A stretch of DNA of 63,212 nt, the filler included, from Reclinomonas americana ATCC 50394 (lineage: Eukaryota), in NCBI GenBank assembly GCA_048213135.1. It is 3 parts of 3 records of this genome, joined end to end, with 100 filler letters (N's around TTAATTAATTAA, not from the genome) between each part and the next. Parts side by side here need not be neighbours in the genome. Positions count along the whole stretch, not along the records: positions 1 to 27,026 come from PS015145.1; 2 more parts are not named here. One strand, given 5' to 3'. This document shows, piece after piece, positions 1 to 10,900 of the stretch (position 1 is its first letter; every line of letters begins with the position of its first letter). Under the pieces are notes generated by a model that was not told the DNA's origin, did not search any database, and saw nothing but the letters and a program-made list of their open reading frames with translations. A program made the translations under genes and the position numbers.

Positions 1-147
1 TCTTCTTCTTCTTCTTCTTCTTCTTCTTCTTCTGCCTTTCCGCTGACACTCGATGACGGTGCAGAACGACGGCGGCCCGCAAAAGTACACTGACCATGCA
101 TGTGCCCTTTCGCTCACGACACACTTACTGACTGCGTTGCCACAGAG

Positions 148-656
148 CTGCGATTCGTGATCTGCCTCCGGCGATGCGACAGAAGGATGCACCGGAGCAG
201 TTGCGCGTGGTACTGCGAGGGACCATGGAACTGGGTGCGGCGCGTGGTGCACCGCTGCCGGCTGTGCGACCGCATGCATCGTCGCCAACATCGACCACGA
301 CCACGACTGTTGCTGCTGCTGTGCCTGGCGATGTGCGAGCGACAGCCACCTCGCCGTCGCCCAAGAACGTAATCACCTCGCCCTCCCATTTCCACCGATA
401 TCTGGAGCGGCAGCGAAGCGATGCGTTGTTGAGTGTGGCGGCGACGGTGGTGACCTCCGCAGCGCTGGTGGAGGACAGTCAGGATCACGTGCTGGCGGCC
501 GTCGACGACGATCAGGACGCCCCCGCACGAAGAGCCTCGCACGACCACCAGCACCACGACGGCGATGCCGTCGACGATGAGGAGAGTGAGGTCATTACGT
601 TGCAGCATCCGCCGCGGAGGAGAGCATCGTCAACGGTGTCGGGTGGCTCCTGTTAA
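148..656 (+). CDS. 3' end of an unidentified gene (low-complexity Thr/Ser/Asp-rich C-terminus); 5' part outside the window
   Basis: CACAG acceptor at about 147, then an open frame (...PPAMRQKDAPEQLRVVLRG...SGGSC*) to TAA at 654-656; no recognisable domain. Confidence 0.45.
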
Positions 657-763
657 ACAACCCCCCTCTCCTCCCCCTTAATGAATGCCAATCAATCTGT
701 TTCGCAAGAACCCTGTGTGTTTTTCACTGGATCTCTCGCTTGCTCTCTTCGGATCCCTTCCTT

Positions 764-1772
764 CTATGCAATGGCCTTTTGTTGTGGATGCACGGTGGTG
801 GCGTAGTCCAGCTTGCCCGCGTACCGCCATGTGGCGTCCTTGCGCGTCATGCTGCGCTCAAACACCACATACTCACGCACATCCCTAAACTGATCCGGAT
901 CGCCCGCGACGACCTTGCCACGCGCATCACGCATCGCCACTGCCTGCTTGCTGTTGACCTCCACCGTCAACTGCGCAAAGTCCTCCTTGATTTCGGAAAT
1001 CTGAATGAAAAACATGGCCAGCACGGTGCACTCGGGCTCGCCGCTCAGCTTCCACTCGACCGTGGTGCCGGGCTTCAGATCCTTAATCGAGTGCTTCAAT
1101 GTCGAATACGCCGTCTCCGTCACCACCGCCCGCAACGCCGTTCGATCGCCCTTGGCCACCGCCGCATTCAGCTGCTTCCACAGCTGCGGCGCCTCGGTGC
1201 GCGAGAACTTTTGTGGGCTCCATCCTCTGCAGCCGCCCAGCAGCAGCGATCAGCCAATGACGATGACAACTGTCGGAGAACAACGCGACGTACTTGATGA
1301 TCTTGCGGATGCGCGCAAAGGCCGCTGCGCTCTGCAACCAGCGCTTGAACTGGAACCAGCGCGCACGCACTCCGGCGGTGGAGGCCACCGAGGGGAGGTC
1401 GCTCCATCGTCGCGGAATGTACGGGTCGACAATCTGCCCCGGTGTCGCAATGAACGGCTTGAGCTTGGTCGACCGCTCCACCACAGTGCGGTTGGAGAAG
1501 CAGTGGTGTTGTTGTTGCGTGATGAAGGCGGGCAAGACGGCGAGGTGCTGCAAAGGAGAGACGATGGGCATGCCGTACACACACACACACGCGCTCTTCG
1601 CTCTCTCTCTTTCTGTGTGCTCTCTCTCTCTCTCTCACAGCCACACACTCTCACTCTCTTGTGTGGATGACGCGCACGCAACTGGTGGCATGCATCGTGG
1701 AGATGCGCTGGTCGGCGCTAATGCGTATCGACTCAGGCGTGTGGCTGATCGCAAGGCTGATGATAGGAACAT
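764..1772 (-). CDS. Mitochondrial Tim44-like domain protein (mL45/MRPL45/Mba1 family), 3 exons
   Basis: Spliced MFLSSALRSATRLSRYALAP... (Arg/Ser-rich presequence-like) | HLAVLPAF...IVDPYIP...RIRKIIK | GWSPQKF...AKGDRTALRAVVTE...FAQLTVEVNSKQAVAMRDARGKVVAGDPDQFRDVREYVVFER...WRYAGK, matching the Tim44-like fold motifs; donors GTTGCGT (1682) and GTACGT. Confidence 0.8.
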
Positions 1773-2162
1773 TCTCTCTCTCTCTCTCTCTCTGTCTCTC
1801 CCTCAACACACACACGCAAACACGCACTCGACTGCACGGACGTGTGATACAAAGAGATCGAGAGACAAAGATGACTCATGGTTGTGATTGCAAACACTGC
1901 AATGGAGGAGGAGAAAAAGGCGGAGGATGAACAGCAGCAGCAGGGGCAGGCGAGCAGAGGGCCTTTGCGTTGCGTGCTGAGAACGATTGCAAAAGGATGT
2001 GTTGTTGTTCTTTGGGCTCATTGCGTGTCTTTGTGACAACAGTGCCTGTGGCGGCGGCTGTACGGAACCCGTTCTTGACAGGTACAACATGCACAGAGAG
2101 AGAGAGAGAAAAGAAGACGGAGTGAGTTTCGAGTGGCAGGCTTCTTCTCCTTTGCTCTCTCT

Positions 2163-2198
2163 CTGCTGTACGGCCAAGGGCGATGTACGGTACAGCAG
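2163..2198. other. Mate-pair library internal adaptor (SOLiD/Ion-type linker) left in the assembly
   Basis: CTGCTGTACGGCCAAGGGCGATGTACGGTACAGCAG differs from the adaptor as I recall it (CTGCTGTACGGCCAAGGCGGATGTACGGTACAGCAG) only by a CG/GC swap; followed by an exact copy of 293-357. Confidence 0.85.
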
Positions 2199-3255
2199 AC
2201 CACGACCACGACTGTTGCTGCTGCTGTGCCTGGCGATGTGCGAGCGACAGCCACCTCGCCGTNNNNNNNNNNNNNNNNNNNNNNNNNNNNNNNNNNNNNN
2301 NNNNNNNNNNNNNNNNNNNNNNNNNNNNNNNNNNNNNNNNNNNNNNNNNNNNNNNNNNNNNNNNNNNNNNNNNNNNNNNNNNNNNNNNNNNNNNNNNNNN
2401 NNNNNNNNNNNNNNNNNNNNNNNNNNNNNNNNNNNNNNNNNNNNNNNNNNNNNNNNNNNNNNNNNNNNNNNNNNNNNNNNNNNNNNNNNNNNNNNNNNNN
2501 NNNNNNNNNNNNNNNNNNNNNNNNNNNNNNNNNNNNNNNNNNNNNNNNNNNNNNNNNNNNNNNNNNNNNNNNNNNNNNNNNNNNNNNNNNNNNNNNNNNN
2601 NNNNNNNNNNNNNNNNNNNNNNNNNNNNNNNNNNNNNNNNNNNNNNNNNNNNNNNNNNNNNNNNNNNNNNNNNNNNNNNNNNNNNNNNNNNNNNNNNNNN
2701 NNNNNNNNNNNNNNNNNNNNNNNNNNNNNNNNNNNNNNNNNNNNNNNNNNNNNNNNNNNNNNNNNNNNNNNNNNNNNNNNNNNNNNNNNNNNNNNNNNNN
2801 NNNNNNNNNNNNNNNNNNNNNNNNNNNNNNNNNNNNNNNNNNNNNNNNNNNNNNNNNNNNNNNNNNNNNNNNNNNNNNNNNNNNNNNNNNNNNNNNNNNN
2901 NNNNNNNNNNNNNNNNNNNNNNNNNNNNNNNNNNNNNNNNNNNNNNNNNNNNNNNNNNNNNNNNNNNNNNNNNNNNNNNNNNNNNNNNNNNNNNNNNNNN
3001 NNNNNNNNNNNNNNNNNNNNNNNNNNNNNNNNNNNNNNNNNNNNNNNNNNNNNNNNNNNNNNNNNNNNNNNNNNNNNNNNNNNNNNNNNNNNNNNNNNNN
3101 NNNNNNNNNNNNNNNNNNNNNNNNNNNNNNNNNNNNNNNNNNNNNNNNNNNNNNNNNNNNNNNNNNNNNNNNTACCGTTACGTACGTACGTAACGAACGA
3201 CAGACGAACAGAGAGAGAGAGAGAAGAAGAGAGTAGTAGTGTCGTCGTGCGTCGT

Positions 3256-3323
<68 letters not shown>

Positions 3324-3375
3324 CCTCTCCTCTCCTCTCCCATGTACCAGTCGCCTTGCTTCTCTTCCGCACTGC

Positions 3376-4830
3376 ATGTTCGAATATGTGCCTTGTTGTC
3401 CCTGCGGCTCACTATGCGTGTGTGTGTGTGTTTGCTGTAGCCGCCCCGGCTGCTGCTCCGGCTGCTGCCGCAGGTTCTCCGTTTGGGCAGCGACCTGGAA
3501 CAGGTCAGTTGTTGCTGCCCTACTACATGCGTGAAGCAGTGTGGACTCACTCATTGCAGTCGCCCCTGCGAGCTTGTCGCCATTCGGAACGCGCAGCACC
3601 ACTGCTCCGGCACCAGGTTGGCTCACCTCCTGTTATCTCCGGTGTGGCGTATGCTGCTGATTGTGTGTCACAGCTGTCCCTGCTGCCGGTTCTCCCTTTG
3701 GTCAGCGACCCGCAGCAGGTTGATCGTCTGCTGTTTCGTTCCGCGTGATGTGTTCGCTCACAAACTGTTCCGTCACGCAGCCGCTCCTGCGAGTCTCTCG
3801 CCCTTTGGACAGCGCAGCGTCACTGCTCCGACAGTGGCGAGTGCAGAAGGTTGGCATCCTTGTTGCATTGCACTGGCGGCAGTCACCAATTGTCTCACGC
3901 ATCTCTCTCCCTTCCTCACAGCAGCACCTGCGAGTCTCTCGCCCTTTGGACAGCGCAGCGTCACTGCCCCGACAGTGGCGAGTGCGGAAGGTTGGCAATC
4001 CTTGTTGCATTGCACTGGTGGCAGTCCCCGATTGTCTCACGCATCTCTCTCCCTTCCTCACAGCCGCACCTGCTAGCCTCTCGCCCTCTGGACATCACGA
4101 TACCGCCGCAGGTGCTCTACCACTTGCCGTTTCTGCCACTCGGTTGCCTTCAGTTCACTCATTCCACTGCGCAGCTGCCTCCGCTACGAGCGGCAAGTCA
4201 CTCGCCAGCAGTCCGTTTTCTCGCACTGCCGCCGGTTCGTGTCGCATGTTGTTGTCATTGTTGTGTTTGGTGCTCATCACCTCAATCTGCCAGCTGGTCC
4301 TGCCACTGTCGCACCCGCCGCTGATGCCGCGGCGTCAGGTGTGTTTTCGTCATTTTTTGTCTCTGTCGCGTCTCCCAAATCTGACTCGCATGTGCAGGAA
4401 CTACGCTGTCACCCTTCGGAAGCCGTCAGATCGCCACAAGTTGCGGATTCGTGTGTATATCTGTTGGTCAGTTGTTCTTTGGCACTCATCCCGTGTGCAG
4501 CGCTGAGAACAGATCTCAGTCCACCTGCGGGCAATCAAGGTACTGTTCCTCGCTCTCTCTCTCTCTCTCTCCACCCTCCCCTCCATCCTCCCCCTCACCC
4601 CGCAGCACTTGCTCTCGCATGACAGAGATTCACGACAGCGGCAGCATCTCCGCAGCGGCCTTTAAGAATCCATTTTCGACACTGAAAGGTGTGAACAGCC
4701 GAGTGTGTGTGTCCTCCTCGCATTCACCCTGCTCAACAACAACTCGTTGTAGAGAATCCATTCACCTGCACGACCGGCAGGGGGCCGGCAGTAAGAAGAG
4801 TGCGCTCACCCAGACGAGTGCGTGCGCCAG
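3376..4830 (+). CDS. Array of short phase-1 exons encoding Ala/Pro/Ser-rich SPFG repeats; probably the N-terminus of the downstream F-box/LRR gene
   Basis: AG-bounded mini-exons translate APAAAPAAAAGSPFGQRPGT, APASLSPFGTRSTTAPAP, VPAAGSPFGQRPAA, APASLSPFGQRSVTAPTVASAE (x2), TTLSPFGSRQIAT; start codon and junction to the next gene part uncertain. Confidence 0.5.
3786..4090 (+). repeat. Tandem duplication, about 141-bp unit (exon plus intron), 2 copies plus a partial third
   Basis: cctgcgagtctctcgccctttggacagcgcagcgtcactg... recurs at about 3786 and 3927, with a degenerate copy at about 4069. Confidence 0.9.
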
Positions 4831-4904
4831 CGCCCCCCGCGCCTTGTTACGTTACCCGTGCGCCTGCCCGGGTCACCACCTGTTCTGTTCGTTGTTTACC
4901 AGAG

Positions 4905-7900
4905 GCATGCTCGTCACAGACGTGTTTGACCATTTGCACCGACTGTCACCGCACCCGGCGCATCCGTTGCCAGAGGGCATATCACAGGCGCCACCCGAGG
5001 TGGATCTCTTGGGTTCTTCAGACACCCACCCTGTTTCGTAGCGACTCATGTTCGTGACCGCGCACAGGCACTGGAGGCAATTTGGAATTGCATCACGCAG
5101 TTTTTCGTGTGGACCGACTACACATCGCTGTGGAGCGTGTCGGAGTGGTTGTGCCGAATAATGGAGAGGTGTGTGTGTGTGTGTGTTGATGGCGGAAGCA
5201 GCCGGTTCATTCGCGCACGTTGCTTACCTATTTGTTTTGCCTCGTGGTAGCAATCTGCTGGAGGTTTCGCTCAATTTCTCATTTGGCTTTCTCGCGTTTG
5301 GCACGATTCTGCCCACGCAGTTTCCTAAACTGCATGCGGTTTGCGTGCACCGTGCCAGTTTTGTGTCATTCGCTTGTGCCCTCTCCTTTCCAGCAGCAGC
5401 AGCTCACGATGACGATGATTTTATGTTGGCGCTCAGTGTTTGCCGTGCCGTGGCCTAGGGCGATCACGGCGCTGGAGCCAGTGGCGGACCGCATCACTCG
5501 AATCTCCATTGTGCACGAGATTCAGGCCGAGTCGCGCGCGGGTATGAGTACGGATTGACGTGACGTCTCATGACGTGCTACTTCCTCACCTTTTCTCCTT
5601 ATCATTGCAGATGGCCGCATGTTGCTCCACAATTTCCTTCCGCATTATCAGCACACGCTGACGGAACTCAATCTGAGTGGCAGCAGGATACCAGCGGTGC
5701 GTGGCATGTGTTTTCCCCCACCCCCTCTTCTTCTTCTTGTTCGAATCGTCGTCCACTAACATCACTGACGGCAGGTCGTTGTTGAGGAGTTCATGTCGCA
5801 AGCGTCGTTGATGCCTGCTCTCAAGTGTCTTCGCCTCAACGCTCCCGAGATCGCCGACGGTCCTTGTCAGTTCGACTTGGCGGCTGCCATTACCCGACTT
5901 GAGGAGCTGCAGTTCTCGGCGACACTGAAAATGGCTCGCATCGTGCCGCTGGTGGCTCCAACGCTCCTCGCGGACACACTCACACAATGCACACGACTGC
6001 GTCGGTTGACTTTGGACCGCTTCTGCAGTTGCGTTTGCCGAACATTTTTTTCTGGCTTCTCGTCGTAGCTCAGTTTTGTCGACCCAATAGGTCCGAGTGT
6101 GGCCAGGAAAATGGACGTGGTCGACGAGCCGTTGCCGTTGACGCTCTCGTACCTGTCCATGGTCGATTGTGGCGACCGAGAGGTTGGTGCTTTTCCGAAG
6201 TGCCTTGGTGGTTCGTGAATTTCACCTCTCTCTCTCTCTCTTGCAGGTGCGGTTGGCCATGCGTGCTCGCGAGTCGCTCACCTATCTGGACGTAAGCAAC
6301 AATGACTTGTCGGAGGGCGATGTGATCACCAAGCTCGCCGACGTACTGCGCGACAACACTGTACTCCAGTTCCTTGGTCTGCAAGGTTTGTGAAATACCG
6401 TGTGACGACCATCGGCAGCTGAGAGTCGTGTGTTCACCAGTTTCCGAATGCAGGCACGGGCGTGTTGAGGCGCGGGTGGTGTCCGGAGACAAGGACCTTT
6501 GTCTCCAGTCTCCAGTCGTGCTCCGCGTTGAAGCGTCTGTCGTTGATCGGTAAGCAAACAAAATGGCAGAATGAGAGTGAGACTGATGGGTGGTGCATGA
6601 TAATCTGTGTTGTCGGTGCGAGTGTACGAAGCCGCACTCGAGAGAGAGGATGGCAATGGCCGCTGAACTGTTGACTCTTTGTNNNNNNNNNNNNNNNNNN
6701 NNNNNNNNNNNNNNNNNNNNNNNNNNNNNNNNNNNNNNNNNNNNNNNNNNNNNNNNNNNNNNNNNNNNNNNNNNNNNNNNNNNNNNNNNNNNNNNNNNNN
6801 NNNNNNNNNNNNNNNNNNNNNNNNNNNNNNNNNNNNNNNNNNNNNNNNNNNNNNNNNNNNNNNNNNNNNNNNNNNNNNNNNNNNNNNNNNNNNNNNNNNN
6901 NNNNNNNNNNNNNNNNNNNNNNNNNNNNNNNNNNNNNNNNNNNNNNNNNNNNNNNNNNNNNNNNNNNNNNNNNNNNNNNNNNNNNNNNNNNNNNNNNNNN
7001 NNNNNNNNNNNNNNNNNNNNNNNNNNNNNNNNNNNNNAGGCGTTGGAGCGGGGTACGACACGTGGTCCAGCGGTCTTCTAGACGCCATCCTACAGATGCC
7101 GTCGTTGCGGCGGCTTGCTTTGAGTTGTTCGTCCGGCTCTGTTTTCTCGCACGCCCTGCGAGATAGCGTTGCTGACTCTGTGTGTCTTGTTTTGTGTAGT
7201 GGCAGAGGTTATCAAGATCAAGAAACATCCGGAGCAGAGGCGAGCCATGGAGCAGGCGGTGTTTATCGGATCCGACGAGGTCGGCGGGCCATGGGAAGAG
7301 TACTGCATCCACCGACGAAACACTCCAGTGCAGCTCACTGGTGAAGGGGTCATATCGGTGCTGCCGGCGCCTGTACTCGACGGGCTCTTGTACTCGACCA
7401 CTCGACCGTTGTACCTCCGTCTGCATGCCGACATGGTGCTTCCCGAAGTCACATGTCTGCTCGAAAAATTTGGCATCGACGGCGCCACTGTGCCATTGTC
7501 TCTGTATTGTTGCGTCTCGTTTTTTGAAAACAAAGAAGTCAATATTTGCGGTCGCTTGTCTCCTCACTCCGTTGTTTTGCCTCAGCGCGTCACGACCAAC
7601 CACCGCCGCCGGAGGAGNNNNNNNNNNNNNNNNNNNNNNNNNNNNNNNNNNNNNNNNNNNNNNNNNNNNNNNNNNNNNNNNNNNNNNNNNNNNNNNNNNN
7701 NNNNNNNNNNNNNNNNNNNNNNNNNNNNNNNNNNNNNNNNNNNNNNNNNNNNNNNNNNNNNNNNNNNNNNNNNNNNNNNNNNNNNNNNNNNNNNNNNNNN
7801 NNNNNNNNNNNNNNNNNNNNNNNNNNNNNNNNNNNNNNNNNNNNNNNNNNNNNNNNNNNNNNNNNNNNNNNNNNNNNNNNNNNNNNNNNNNNNNNNNNNN

Positions 7901-10900
7901 NNNNNNNNNNNNNNNNNNNNNNNNNAGGCGTCACCGGTTTGCCACCGGCGAGGACAGCACGGCACAGCTGGTGCTGCGACACGCAGCCAAGTACATGACG
8001 GTGGATGAGTTGGCGGGCTTTTGGCTCATTAGTCGCGGAGTCTGCCGCTTGGTGGAAACGTTGCGGCGCGCACTCGTTCTTGCGCTTGTTGTTGTTCCGT
8101 TTGTTCAAGACCCACGTCGCACACAACAGCATTTTTTCGGAGCAGCCGCGCCTGTACCACGCGCTCTCGTTCGCCATGAGCGATTCCAGTGTCCCCAATG
8201 GTGAGTTTGCGCACGTGAAGGCATCGCTGGAGTGCGGACCCGCTCACCGCCGCTGTCTCGTGACTGCCCGTACAGACTACTGCGCAGTGGTGGTCGTGAA
8301 CGAGCAGCAACGGATGCAAGTCGTCGGTCCATCACTTGCCGTCATCAACTTTGTGAAGAAGTTTGCGGTGGCTGGCGCTGTGTGGCCGGATGGCCGAGCA
8401 CGGAGTGAGCCGTCCGTGGAGGACGTGCAACTCGTCGGTGGGTGGAGTGTCGGAAAATGGTGGGAGGGAGAGAAGTGCATGTCTCACCATGATGTTATTC
8501 GTTAGTGGAGAACTGGTCGTCCGCTGACGCTCCGGTGCTTGACTTGATGCGAGTCGCGGAGACCTTTGGACCAGTGTCGTCCGTGCGCCTCTCCGTAGGT
8601 GAGTCGCAATCGGTGTGCCAGTCGTGCTTCACCCGGTGCTCACGCCACTGTCACCCAGCTCGACGTGGTGAGAGCAGTCCGTGTTCCATGGGTCGACCGT
8701 CTGCTGCCCAACTGGCCTCCCTGAAAGTTCTCCGGACCTATGGTCTGCTTTTGCACGTTTATGTAATCGTCCATTTGCACTTTCCATCTCGAAGCTGACA
8801 TGGCCTTTGCCACCGAAGGCATCCTGTTGACACCGACCGATCTGGAGCATCTCGGCACGTCTCAGTGCCTCGAGCAACTTTCGCTTGACGTCCGTTCTTC
8901 CATCGTGGCAGGTGAATGGTGTCGCGTCTCTTGTTCCCCTGCTTCGCTTTTCTCATGCGTTGACCTTGTCCTGGAAGCCGTCGCGCAACTGTGTGCCGAG
9001 TCGGAGTTGCCGAACTTGCACGAGTACCGACTCACTGGACCGGTGAGTGGTGTTTCTCAGCACTGGTGCGAGCTGCAGCGGTTTCCTCTTCTCACATTCT
9101 TTCAGTCACATGCGCTGCCGAACAAGCCGGATGCGTTAGCCCGTCGTGCACGAGAACCATTGCAGATGGTTCGCTGTACCCCCTCGCGGAAGCTCTGTTC
9201 CTCGTCTCGCTCACTCTCTTTCTTTCGGTGCGAAGACCGAGCTGGCGGTTCCGCGATTCGCTCGCCAGCTGCGTTCTCTTGTCCTTCATTCCATCACACT
9301 GGATGGTTCGACGACATTATTGGCCATCGCCGACCATCTGCGCACTGGTGCACTCACCAACCTCGACCTCTCCGGTGCGCCGCAAATCTCTTTCGCTTGT
9401 CGATTCAGTCGCTGTGCGAATGAGCTCACCACTCACTATTTTGGCGCATCGCAGGCACGCAAGCATTCAAAGATCCGTGGACCAAAGCCGACGGCATTCG
9501 CCAGTTTGCTGAAGCACTGCGGAGAAACCGGTCGCTTCAGTCGCTGAATGTCTCGGGTGCGTCGTCATGTGTATGTGTGTGGTTTCTGTTACTCGCACGC
9601 TGACACTTGTACGTGCACAAATCAAGGCACTACTCTTGGCTACGACACAGTCACTTCGCTAGGAATGGGAACAGCGTTGCTGCAGTGTTCTGCCTCTCGG
9701 GTCGACGTATCAGGTGCGTTGCACCTGAATCAGGATCTGGATGTGACCCACGTTTTGTTGACAGCTTTCTTTCTTGTGCGTGTGTGCTTGTAGGGAACCG
9801 CCTGACGCAGTGCAGATGGTGGACTCAGGTTGTTGCCCCGCAGCTGGCCAGCATGTCCCGCTGTGCGCGCACGATCACCGTGGATCGTCGAGAAGCAAAC
9901 AGCGACATTGAGCGGCTGGTGTGCACCGCCCTGTTTGACGGCGAGGACGAGGTGGACGACGATTTTGAATTGGAGCTGGCCGGCTTCGAGTCGTTCTCGG
10001 AGCAGTCAGAGGCTCGTCGCACGATCTGCAAGCATCTGTTGCCATGGTTGTCACTGGGTGATTTCATGAGGACCACTTGGCGTGCATCACGTTACATGTG
10101 CCAGATGCATGAGGAGTTGCGTTGGTGAAGAATGGAAAGAAAAGAGGGAGAGGGGGAGGGAGGGGGAGGAAGGGGAGGGAGGGCTGAGGGAGGAAGGGGG
10201 GGAGCGGGACAGGGCGAGGAAGAGGGAGTGAGAGAAAAAAGGCCAAAGAAGACGTAGAGTAGGCTACGCACAATTCCTTGCGACACGTATTCTGCAGCTA
10301 GAGTAGAGCAATTGACAACTACAAGATATCGCTCTCCATTCTTCATGCCATTGTCACAACTGTGCTACTTTCCACCTTGATATCGAGAATGTGTAATAGT
10401 TCCACTCACAGATGAATAGTGAGGAATATGAGCACGTACACAAACCCACAGGGCGGTGTTGGTGGGCCAAGAAACACACAGATTACGAGAGCAGTTGACT
10501 ATAGGAATGAGGGAAAACGGAATGACTCGTGTATGTCCATCTGTTTGTCTCTCTAATGAGAGGCTCGTAGCTGGAGACTTCTTAAATACTGCCGACTCTC
10601 ATTCTGCCTATTGGCATTTCTGCGCGCAGGGCGTTGAGTGCGGCGCAATGCATGTTGTTTGATGTCGTCAGCGGCCCCCGTGCGACGGCACCGATGTTGG
10701 AGTTGTCGTTCAACGGCGTCACTCGCATATCCGTCAGATGTATGTTGCCACGAAGTGCGTATCCTGGAGACTTCTGTTGGTGGCTCATCTTGCCTTGTGC
10801 CTTTGCAGGTTCTCTGAGTGAGGTCTTTGCCACGTTGCAACAGTGCGCTGACGAGAGCTACTGGCGTGCAATTCGACCGCCGTACTTGCCCTTGCGGGAG

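Noticed and set aside
293-2262. 65-bp exact duplication suggesting a paralog or mobile element
   Set aside because: The second copy directly follows a mate-pair linker at a contig end; chimeric read
10020-10128. Apparent C-terminal F-box ending at TGA 10128
   Set aside because: A GTTGCGT donor at 10116 precedes the stop and splices in frame to 10630
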